Origin: a bacterium | Lineage (GTDB): Bacteria > Desulfobacterota > Desulfocorpusculales > Desulfocorpusculum | Reading direction: 5' to 3' | Length of the DNA: 64,000 bases | NCBI GenBank assembly: GCA_037481695.1 | Contig: JBBFLE010000002.1 | Span: 16,661 to 80,660, forward strand | In this document: one piece after another, positions 38,311 to 46,903 of the stretch | How positions within the stretch are numbered: position 1 is the first letter of the stretch | Layout of the letters: each line of letters opens with the position of its first letter | Position numbers and translations under genes: made by a program | The notes under the pieces: model-generated | Seen by the model: only the letters and a program-made list of their open reading frames with translations | Database searches by the model: none | Told to the model about the DNA's origin: nothing

Positions 38311-38885
38311 GGTGGCCCCGGTGAGAAACCCTGAAGCTCTCCTCAGATCTTGGCTCCCCCTTTTTTGTCAGGCGGAAGTGAACTCAGAATAGATCAGCCC
38401 CCCCCGAAAATCAACCCCAGCAGGCCTCACCCTGGAGGCTGCCCCGCCAGGGAAGCCCCTCAAGGAGCCTCCCCCGGCCTGTGGCCTTTGGGGCCCTGCA
38501 AGCCCGTTTTTTGAGTGCAAGGCCACACCTGTTGCGGCTCCAGTGGATGGGAAAGCTCTGTACAGGCCAGCTGGTTCCCCAAAGGACTCCAAAAAGGCAA
38601 AGCTCCGGCATGGGCAGCAATCCCAACACACTCCACCAGATCCCGGGCTTTGGGGCCATCTCCAGCATTTCTTCTTGCCACAAGCCCTGAGAGGGCCTGT
38701 GGCGCAAAACCCAAGAGCAGGCTCTGGACTTCTGAAATGGTCTGGGCCAAGCACTTCTCTAACCCAGGATCCCTGGGCCTTTTCTGATTCCCAATAAAGC
38801 CAGTCTGAGGTTTGCAAGGACTTGAGGATTCAGCTATAAAGTAAGGCTAGATAAGCGTCAAGGTCATTTCCAAGCTGGAGCGCTC

Positions 38886-41261
38886 ATGGGCCCGGAGCCT
38901 AAGGAACCCACCAGCCATTGCCTCATCAATTCCAGCCTGGATCTCCTGCTTAGGCTGGATCAGCCAGCTCTCATGCTCCTGGATTCATCGGGCAGAGTGC
39001 TCACAGCCAACCAAGGAGCTTCCCAATTGACAGGTTTCTCTCCCGCAGAAATTCTTGGCCTGGACTTTCTTTCGCTATTCCAACCCCAGGATCGAGAAAA
39101 CATAACACGCTGCTTGCGCCAAGGCAGCCCCCCAGGGTCCACGCAGGCGGATCTGATAACTGCCCGGGGGAAAAAGGTGCCAGTAGGGATCTGCTGCTCT
39201 TCGGGCTCCAGCCAGACCTGGGTGGCTCTATGGGATCAGGAGGAACTCAAGAGGTTACATAGGCTCGCCCAGGAGGCTGCAGACAGGGCGGAAAAGATAG
39301 CGGGGATGGGTGATATTGGAATTCTCATCTATGACCAGGACTTCCGCATAGAGTTTGCCAACGAGATGGCTGGAGAAATCCTAGGCCTTCCCTCTCGTTC
39401 TCTGTTGGGAATGGAGATAACCCGCTTCTTGGGCCGAATACACCGAATACAGCTAAAGGACCTTCACTCTCCTCTGCACCCGGATGGTCCCAGAAGGGTT
39501 CGAATGGAGATGCCACTGGAGAGGCCCGACAACACGAAAAAGCTGGTAGAGATTTGTCTCTCCATGATCAGGACCCCTTTGGGCCAAAGCCACACCTACG
39601 CTTACCTGAGGGACCTGACCGAGCGGGTTCAGATGGAGATGGAGCTTCGCAAGACCAACGAGTTTCTGCAGAACGTTATCCGAAGCTCTGTGGACGGTAT
39701 AATAGCCGCAGACATGAAGGGCAACATAATAATCTTTAACGAGGGAGCTGAGCGTCTCTTGGGTTACAGAGCAGAAGAGGTGATCGGAAAGATTCACATC
39801 ACTCAGCTCTACCCCCCTGGGGTGGCCAAGAAGATAATGCGTAGGCTCAGGAGCGACACCTATGGACCCAGGGGGAAATTGCCCACAACCCCCACCACCA
39901 TAGTGGCCAAGACGGGCGAACACATTCCTGTGAGGATCTCTGCGGCCATAGTTTACGAGGGTGAAAGGGAAATAGCCTCTGTGGGAATCTTCCGCGACCT
40001 TCGAGAGCGCATAAAGATGCAACAGCAACTCGAAGACACTTACCGCCAGCTTCTCCACTCTGAGAAGCTGGCCTCCCTGGGAAAGCTGGCAGCAGGGGTT
40101 GCCCATGAACTGAATAATCCCCTTGGTGGGATACTCATGTATGCCAACATGCTCCTGGAGCAGGCGGCAGATGGCCCCATGGCCCAAGATTTGAAGGTGA
40201 TTGTTGAGCAGGCTCTGCGGTGCAAAGAAATAGTAAGGGGTCTACTGGATTTTGCCAGACGCCGAGGCGAAGAAAGGGTCCGGGTGGACCTGAACAAAGA
40301 TGTGATAGAGAAGTGTATAGCTATCATGAGCAAGCAAGCCATGTTCCTCAATATCCAGTTGGAGTGCGAATTGCCTTCGGATCTTCCTCCCATAGCAGCA
40401 GACCCAGATCAGTTGAGCCAGGTATTCACCAACCTCATAGTCAATGCCGTGGACGCCATGGAGGGCAAAGGCACCCTTCGCATAAGAACTTGGGCAGAGG
40501 GAAGCCCAGCACAGCTCCATGCCGAGGTTTCGGATACAGGCAGTGGCATACCAGAGGATTATCTGCCCCGTATCTTTGATCCATTTTTCACCACCAAGGA
40601 GGTGGGCAAGGGCACTGGTCTGGGTCTGAGCATAGCGTACGGCATCGTGCGGCGGCTGGGAGGTGATATTCAGGTGAGGAGTCGGGCAGGAGAGGGAACC
40701 ACCTTCCACCTTCGTTTCCCCCTGGAGCCAGCCTCGGAAATTCCTGCCGAGGTGGAGGAGGGGGTGGCAGGCATAAGGGATCAGGATGGCCGCTTCATAC
40801 AGGTGGTGCTGGCGGGTGAAAGGACCCTCACGAGACTTCTGTCTTTCTATGATGCCTTCCAACCCAAGGGCGCCTTTGAGGGCCTTCCGCCTGCAGCCAA
40901 GAGGGAGCGTCGAAAATGGGTAATAGGCCTGATGGGTGGGTGGCGCAACTTCCTGCTCTTGGACGGTGATCAGGTAGTAGGCCATGTAGGGGTGACCCTT
41001 GGAGAGTCGGACCTGGAGGAGGTAATAATCTTTCTCCGCCATGAGTATAGGGGAAAGGGGATCGGCAGTAGGGCCCTTCGCCACGTGGGGTCCCTGCTGG
41101 CAAGGGAGGGATGCCGTAGGCTATGGCTCACGGTGGAGTCTACCAACACGGTTGCAATAAGGTGCTTCCAAAAGGCAGGGTTTCGTTTCACCTCCAGGGC
41201 CATTGAGCCCGAAATGGAGATGGTCATGGATCTTGGGGAGTGGGGGCATGGAGAGACCTGA
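38886..41261 (+). CDS. PAS-domain sensor histidine kinase with C-terminal GNAT acetyltransferase-like domain (fusion)
   Basis: 791 aa: two or three PAS-like units, HisKA (GVAHELNNPLGGI), HATPase_c (VSDTGSGIPEDYLPRIFDPFFTTKEVGKGTGLGL), then ~150 aa with GNAT motif A (LRHEYRGKGIGSRALRHV) and beta-strand pattern. Confidence 0.8.
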   Translation: MGPEPKEPTSHCLINSSLDLLLRLDQPALMLLDSSGRVLTANQGASQLTGFSPAEILGLDFLSLFQPQDRENITRCLRQGSPPGSTQADLITARGKKVPVGICCSSGSSQTWVALWDQEELKRLHRLAQEAADRAEKIAGMGDIGILIYDQDFRIEFANEMAGEILGLPSRSLLGMEITRFLGRIHRIQLKDLHSPLHPDGPRRVRMEMPLERPDNTKKLVEICLSMIRTPLGQSHTYAYLRDLTERVQMEMELRKTNEFLQNVIRSSVDGIIAADMKGNIIIFNEGAERLLGYRAEEVIGKIHITQLYPPGVAKKIMRRLRSDTYGPRGKLPTTPTTIVAKTGEHIPVRISAAIVYEGEREIASVGIFRDLRERIKMQQQLEDTYRQLLHSEKLASLGKLAAGVAHELNNPLGGILMYANMLLEQAADGPMAQDLKVIVEQALRCKEIVRGLLDFARRRGEERVRVDLNKDVIEKCIAIMSKQAMFLNIQLECELPSDLPPIAADPDQLSQVFTNLIVNAVDAMEGKGTLRIRTWAEGSPAQLHAEVSDTGSGIPEDYLPRIFDPFFTTKEVGKGTGLGLSIAYGIVRRLGGDIQVRSRAGEGTTFHLRFPLEPASEIPAEVEEGVAGIRDQDGRFIQVVLAGERTLTRLLSFYDAFQPKGAFEGLPPAAKRERRKWVIGLMGGWRNFLLLDGDQVVGHVGVTLGESDLEEVIIFLRHEYRGKGIGSRALRHVGSLLAREGCRRLWLTVESTNTVAIRCFQKAGFRFTSRAIEPEMEMVMDLGEWGHGET

Positions 41262-41869
41262 CCCGAGGCCGGTTGTATGGGTCCATACTGCCATGAAGAC
41301 ACAGGGAGAGGCCCTGTAAATGGCCGCAAGATGCTCGCCATGTGGGGCAGGGGCAAGTGGCTTGGCTCATGCGCTTTTTTCAGGAGCATGTCTCTCAGAA
41401 AAGCCTGTGCTCTTAGCCGGGCACAGCTTGCATGTATGTGGATGAGACAACATGGGAGATGGCCTGTACCAGCATGGTGCCCAAGCCCCCTTGGGAGTTG
41501 TGTGCTTTAGCGCCCTAAGCTTTGCAGCAACTTTGACCAGAAGGCGGATAGGTCCCAGATTTAAGTCAATCCCACAGCCCCGGGTGCAGGAACCAAAGAG
41601 CCCATGGCTGGAGGACAACATGTTCCTTGGATGCCAAAAATTGTTGCAGCCCTTCAAGGAACCCACTCCAGGATCCTGCATGGAAGAGGCAGCCCAGATA
41701 TTGGAGTTTGGGCGGGATGATGTAGGTCCTGGGCCCATGAGGCGGACCTTCAAAAAGAGCTCAAGTGCGGTGACCTGGGCTTAAAAACACACCTTGTTTC
41801 CTCAGTTGGGTCATAGCTGGCCCATAGGGGAATCGAGTGGACTAAACCAAATGATTTAGGGGAGGCTGA

Positions 41870-43108
41870 ATGCAGAGGATCGTGGTAAAGAATCCCATAG
41901 TGGAGATGGATGGAGATGAGATGGCCCGGGTCATCTGGGGCTTGATAAAAGAGAAGCTGGTAATTCCCTTTTTGGACATCAAGCTTAAGTACTATGATCT
42001 GGGGATAAAGAACAGGGACCAAACAGAAGACTCGGTCACAGTGGACGCTGCCAGAGCCATCCAGAGCCATGGCGTAGGGGTCAAGTGCGCCACCATCACC
42101 CCCGATTCACAGCGCGTGACCGAGTATGGACTCAAGAAGGCCTGGGCCTCTCCCAACGCTACCATCCGTTCCATCCTAGACGGCACGGTCTTTCGCAAAC
42201 CCATAATGGTCAAGAACATCCGTCCTGCTGTGCGCAGCTGGAAGAAGCCCATCATAATAGGCCGCCATGCTTACGGGGACATGTACCGGGCCGTGGAGCT
42301 CCAGGTGCAGGAACCTGGGAAGGTGGAACTGGTATACAGCACATCCCAAGGGGAGAAAGAGCGCATCTTGTTAAATGAGTTCAGGACCCCAGGTGTTGTG
42401 ATGGGCATCTACAACCTGGAGAAATCCATTCGCTCCTTTGCCAGATCTTGCATAAACTATGCACTGGGCGAAAAGGTAGACCTTTGGTTCTCCATGAAGG
42501 ACACCATAAGCAAGACCTACCACGGCTGTTTCAAGAACATATTCGAAGAAGAAGTCTCTCTGAGGCGAAATGAGTTCCATCAACTTGGAATAGAGTATCG
42601 CTACTTGTTGATAGATGACGCTGCAGCCCAGATGATAAAAAAGGATGGCAATGTGCTATGGGCCCTCAGCAATTATGATGGAGATGTCTTCTCTGATGTC
42701 GTAGCCGCTGGTTTTGGGAGTCTGGGGATGATGAGCTCGGTTCTGGTCTCGCCTGATGGAAAATATGAATTCGAAGCAGCCCATGGCACGGTCCGGCGCC
42801 ACTATTACGAACACCTCAAGGGAAATCCAACCAGCACCAATTCCGTGGCATCCATATTTGCGTGGAGCGGAGCCATCAGGAAGCGGGGCGAGTTGGACGG
42901 CTCCCAGGCTGTGACCCTCTTCGCAGAGCTCTTGGAGAGGGCCACCTTGGGTTGTGTGGAGGATGCAATAGTGACCAAGGACTTGGTGCCCTTGATCAAG
43001 CCCAGGCCTAAGACTTTTAAGTCAACCGAGGGGTTTATAGAAGCCGTGGCCGAGAGGCTCATTGTCTTGCTGGAATCGAATCAGACCCTATTGAATTCCA
43101 AGGGTTGA
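41870..43108 (+). CDS. icd: NADP-dependent isocitrate dehydrogenase (~410-aa dimeric type)
   Basis: 412 aa with [17 protein letters not shown]-terminus, [10 protein letters not shown] and overall type-II IDH pattern. Confidence 0.92.
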   Translation: MQRIVVKNPIVEMDGDEMARVIWGLIKEKLVIPFLDIKLKYYDLGIKNRDQTEDSVTVDAARAIQSHGVGVKCATITPDSQRVTEYGLKKAWASPNATIRSILDGTVFRKPIMVKNIRPAVRSWKKPIIIGRHAYGDMYRAVELQVQEPGKVELVYSTSQGEKERILLNEFRTPGVVMGIYNLEKSIRSFARSCINYALGEKVDLWFSMKDTISKTYHGCFKNIFEEEVSLRRNEFHQLGIEYRYLLIDDAAAQMIKKDGNVLWALSNYDGDVFSDVVAAGFGSLGMMSSVLVSPDGKYEFEAAHGTVRRHYYEHLKGNPTSTNSVASIFAWSGAIRKRGELDGSQAVTLFAELLERATLGCVEDAIVTKDLVPLIKPRPKTFKSTEGFIEAVAERLIVLLESNQTLLNSKG

Positions 43109-43686
43109 GTGTGTAAGCATCTGTGGGGTTGGAATGCTGGTCCTAGTTCTTTCTCATCTCGACATGGTATGAAGTGGCTATGAAATAACGAGGCCAAGAC
43201 AATATACGCCCTGGGGCATCACCCACATCCAGATCATAAGCCAGCGCGCAGTTATGCCATAGCCCAATTGTGGCCAGCCTGGAACAGGGATAGATAATCA
43301 GCTCCACCACCATGGCTAAGAAACCATGTGTCTTCCTCCAGAGCATTGGTGAAGGATCTCATTTTGGAAAACCCTTTTATGACTTGACAGCTGAGGAATC
43401 CATGTGCTTTTATTCGATTACAGCTCGGGGCAACCTTATTTCTCGTGCCTGAAGCCCACGCTCTTTTTCGGTTGCGCAGGGTGGAAATGGCGCATGCTCC
43501 TTTGGATTCTCACTCGGTCCTACCCCAAAGGCTCTACTCGCTCGTCTCAGGTTGCCCAGCCGCAGGATTGGATTTAGGTCTTAGATGCACATGAGTTAGG
43601 CTCGAGTTGGGCCCGAGCCGGACACACCGTGGCGGTTGACGGGATCTATCCATCTCCCAGGGACATCTTCCACATAGGAGGACGAC

Positions 43687-46323
43687 TTGGAAACCGTGGC
43701 CATTACACTAGATGGGGTCCCGGTAAGCGGGCGACAGGGGATTACCATACTGGAGCTGGCCGGGGAAGTGGGCATTTACATTCCCACCTTGTGCCATGAC
43801 CCAAGTCTCAAGCCCTCAGGGGCCTGCAGGATATGTGTTGTAGAAGATGAGACCTCCCATAGACTGGTGGCCTCCTGTGTTACACCCATCGCATCGGGCA
43901 TGCGCATTCAGACTCGCTCCCCCATGGTGCTGGAGGCCCGCAAGGTGATCCTCAAGCTCATGTTGGCCAACCATCCGGAATCCTGCCTGGTTTGCGACAA
44001 GGGAAATCGCTGCAGATTGAGGCAACTGGCCAGCGATTTTGGTATAGGGCTGGTGGATTACGACCGGATGAATTCCTTGGTGGGAATTCAAGAGGCCAAC
44101 CCCTTTATTCAAAGGGATCTGAGCAAGTGCATCCTTTGCGGCAAGTGTATAAGGGCAGACCAGGAGCTGGTGGTGGTGGGAGCATTGGATTATCTCCATC
44201 GCGGGTTCAACACCAGACCAGCCACCTTGATGGAGCTTCCCCTGGAGCGTTCCGAGTGCACCTTCTGCGGCACCTGCGTGGCCATCTGTCCCACAGGCGC
44301 TTTGACAGAGCGAGGCCGTCCCCACCTGGGAACCGTTGGAATCAGGACCGCCACTACCTGTTCCTATTGCGGGAGCGGATGCTCTCTATGGGCTTACGTA
44401 GTGGAGGATCGCCTGGTGCAGGTTGAGCCCAAGGCCCAAGGATCTGCCAACAAGGGCGCCCTCTGCGTGAGGGGACACTATGGAAGCGATTACCTGCACC
44501 ACCCAGAGAGGCTTCTGCACCCTCAGCTCAGGAAGGATGGAAAACTGGTGGAGGTGTCCTGGCAGCAGGCCTTGGACGAGGTGGCATCCAGGCTCATGGA
44601 GATATCCAGCCGCTACGGGCCGCACTCAGTGGGTTTCTTCGGCTCAACCCTTTGCACCAACGAGGAGAACTATTTGTTCCAGAAACTGGCCAGAGTGGGA
44701 ATAGGCACCCCCAACGTGGACAACGGGGCAAGGCTCCACTGCGCAGGTAGCCTCTTGGGCATGCAGGAAAGCCTCGGCACCTCAGGTGCAACCCACCCCT
44801 TGGAAGAGTTGGAGCGGGCCGATGTGATACTGGCCTTGGGAGCCCAGCCCCTGGAATCCCATCCAGTTGCTGGTTACGCCATAAAGAGGGCCGTGAGACA
44901 AAGGGGGGCCTTGCTCATATACGCTTCACCCTTGAGGGACTCCTTGAGCCGTATGGCCAGGCTCTGGCTCTGCCCATGGCCTGGTTCTGAGGACCGCCTT
45001 GTACTGTGGCTCCTGGCCAGAGTGATGAGGGCAAAGGGCAGGGCCTTGCCCCAGTGGATGGAGGCCATGGGTCCGGACTCCCTTTTGGATGGCACCATGG
45101 TGAAGGTCGAGGACATGGAGCAGGCCACTGAGATCCTTTGCTCCACATCTCGGGTGGGCATAGTGTTCGGTCGCGGACTGTCCGGGCTGCCAGGTGGGAA
45201 GCAGGCCGTTAGGGCATTGGTCCAACTGGCCTTGGAGCTGGGATGTCTCGGGATCAGTGGAGGAGGGATCTATCCCCTGGATAGGGGTTGCAACACCCTG
45301 GGGGCATGCGACATGGGCACCCTGCCAGAGTTCTTGCCTGGATGGAGGAAGGCCTCGGATCCCAAAGCCAGAGCTGAGCTGGGCGAACTCTGGGGCCAGG
45401 ATCCCCCACAGGGAAGGGGTTTGACGCTTCCGCAGATGCTGGAAGCGGCCCTCAGGGGAGATTTAAAAGCCCTTTACGTAATGGGCGAGAACCCCCTGGA
45501 ATTGCTGCCCGCACTGGCAGGGGAGGCCATGTCCAGCCTGGAGTTTCTGGTGGTGCAGGATATCTTCCCCACCAGGACTGCTCAGATGGCTCATGCTTTG
45601 CTTCCCGCAGCGGGGTTCCTGGAGAAGGAAGGCACGTACACCAGCCTGGAAAGACGAATCCAGAGGCTGAGGGTCTGTTCGTCCCCACCAGGAGGAGCAA
45701 GGCCAGACTGCTGGATCCTCACACAGTTGTTGGCGCGCATGAGTCTTAACCCGCAACATGAGTCGGCCGTTGAGATCATGAAGGAAATCTCCGAGGTGGT
45801 GCCCCAGATGAGGGGGGTGCGATATTCTCTGCTGGAGACTGAGCCCGTATTTTGGCCTTGCACGGAAGCTGGTGCCACTGGGGAGAGAATCCTGTTTCGG
45901 GGTGGTGTTCCCTCCTCGCATGCAATTTTGGAGGAGTCTTGGACTCCCTCCATGGAGAACCCGGACCCGGATTTCCCATTCCTGGCAGTGGAGGGGGAGT
46001 GTCTTTTCAGAGCAGGGGGAGCATCCCGAACAAGTAGATCTGCCAGGCTCAGGGCATTCAAGGCAAGGGGGGAGGTCTGGATGAATCCGGCAGATATGGC
46101 CTCACTGGGCTTGGAGCAGGCACAGGAGGTTCGCCTGGTCTCAAGGCAAGGCAATCTGCTGGCCACAGCACATCCCAGGGAAGAGCTTCACCCCGGGTTG
46201 CTGTGGGTTGTACCTGGGGCCGGTGGCCCGGCCATGGCTGCTTTGGCTCCTTGGAGTTTGGATCCCTCCTCTGGATCAATCCCCACTTTCAGGGCATGGG
46301 TGAGAGTGGAGGGAGTCCCCTGA
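43687..46323 (+). CDS. FdhA/NuoG-like molybdopterin oxidoreductase subunit (N-terminal 2Fe-2S and 4Fe-4S domains plus Mo-bisPGD-fold domain); catalytic status uncertain
   Basis: 878 aa with 2Fe-2S ferredoxin N-terminus (CHDPSLKPSGACRICVV), 4Fe-4S motifs (CILCGKCIRAD, CTFCGTCVAICP), molybdopterin-domain cluster CSYCGSGCSL...KGALCVRG, and conserved LGACDMGTLP region. No in-frame TGA, so no selenocysteine. Confidence 0.8.
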   Translation: METVAITLDGVPVSGRQGITILELAGEVGIYIPTLCHDPSLKPSGACRICVVEDETSHRLVASCVTPIASGMRIQTRSPMVLEARKVILKLMLANHPESCLVCDKGNRCRLRQLASDFGIGLVDYDRMNSLVGIQEANPFIQRDLSKCILCGKCIRADQELVVVGALDYLHRGFNTRPATLMELPLERSECTFCGTCVAICPTGALTERGRPHLGTVGIRTATTCSYCGSGCSLWAYVVEDRLVQVEPKAQGSANKGALCVRGHYGSDYLHHPERLLHPQLRKDGKLVEVSWQQALDEVASRLMEISSRYGPHSVGFFGSTLCTNEENYLFQKLARVGIGTPNVDNGARLHCAGSLLGMQESLGTSGATHPLEELERADVILALGAQPLESHPVAGYAIKRAVRQRGALLIYASPLRDSLSRMARLWLCPWPGSEDRLVLWLLARVMRAKGRALPQWMEAMGPDSLLDGTMVKVEDMEQATEILCSTSRVGIVFGRGLSGLPGGKQAVRALVQLALELGCLGISGGGIYPLDRGCNTLGACDMGTLPEFLPGWRKASDPKARAELGELWGQDPPQGRGLTLPQMLEAALRGDLKALYVMGENPLELLPALAGEAMSSLEFLVVQDIFPTRTAQMAHALLPAAGFLEKEGTYTSLERRIQRLRVCSSPPGGARPDCWILTQLLARMSLNPQHESAVEIMKEISEVVPQMRGVRYSLLETEPVFWPCTEAGATGERILFRGGVPSSHAILEESWTPSMENPDPDFPFLAVEGECLFRAGGASRTSRSARLRAFKARGEVWMNPADMASLGLEQAQEVRLVSRQGNLLATAHPREELHPGLLWVVPGAGGPAMAALAPWSLDPSSGSIPTFRAWVRVEGVP

Positions 46324-46426
46324 CAAGGATTCTTGGCCGGGGCAGGAAGTATGAGGACCTGCGCCCCAGGATTTTCACAGCCCTCGTGAACCATGGGGCG
46401 AAAAGCTCAGGCAGGGAGGGTTCAAA

Positions 46427-46882
46427 ATGGGCAAAGACCAGCAGTTGGATGGGATCATGGGGGGGTTTTCAAAATGTAGGGAATCTCTGATCCCGCTTCT
46501 ACAGGGGGTGCAGCAGCATTACGGTTATGTGCCACCCGAGACCCTGGAGCCCATTGCCCTCTATCTAGGGCTTTTCCCAGCAGAAGTGCAGGGTGTAGTG
46601 ACCTTTTACGCCCAATTCTCCCTGACCCCCAAGGGCAGGAACATAGTGCGCGTGTGCAGGGGAACAGCCTGCCACGTGAGGGGTGGGAGATCTATCTTGA
46701 CAGTGGCCGAGGAGAAACTGGGAATAAGGGACGGCGAAACAAGACAAGACCTTCGCTTCAGCCTGGAGACAGTGGCCTGTCTGGGTACCTGTTTCCTGGC
46801 TCCGGTGATGATGGTGAACCGCAACTATTATGGCAAGCTCGTTCCGTCCCAGGTCCAGTCCATCCTGCGACAATACGAGTAA
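46427..46882 (+). CDS. NuoE-like [2Fe-2S] thioredoxin-fold subunit
   Basis: 151 aa with NuoE/24-kDa-type motifs (VCRGTACHVRGG, VACLGTCFLAPVMMVN). Confidence 0.8.
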   Translation: MGKDQQLDGIMGGFSKCRESLIPLLQGVQQHYGYVPPETLEPIALYLGLFPAEVQGVVTFYAQFSLTPKGRNIVRVCRGTACHVRGGRSILTVAEEKLGIRDGETRQDLRFSLETVACLGTCFLAPVMMVNRNYYGKLVPSQVQSILRQYE

Positions 46883-46903
46883 CCCCGATGGAGGGCTCAG
46901 GCC

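Noticed and set aside
37515-38334. 88-aa and 265-aa plus-strand ORFs across the tRNA-Ser genes and tadA
   Set aside because: They run through two tRNA genes and antisense to tadA; tRNA cloverleaves and TadA zinc motifs explain the sequence.
43143-43346. 67-aa minus-strand ORF downstream of icd
   Set aside because: Short, odd composition, no RBS noticed, convergent with icd; treated as non-coding.
43687-46323. Selenocysteine (in-frame TGA with SECIS) in the formate-dehydrogenase-like gene
   Set aside because: The reading frame is continuous with no internal TGA, so no Sec codon; the protein is Cys/His-type at that position.
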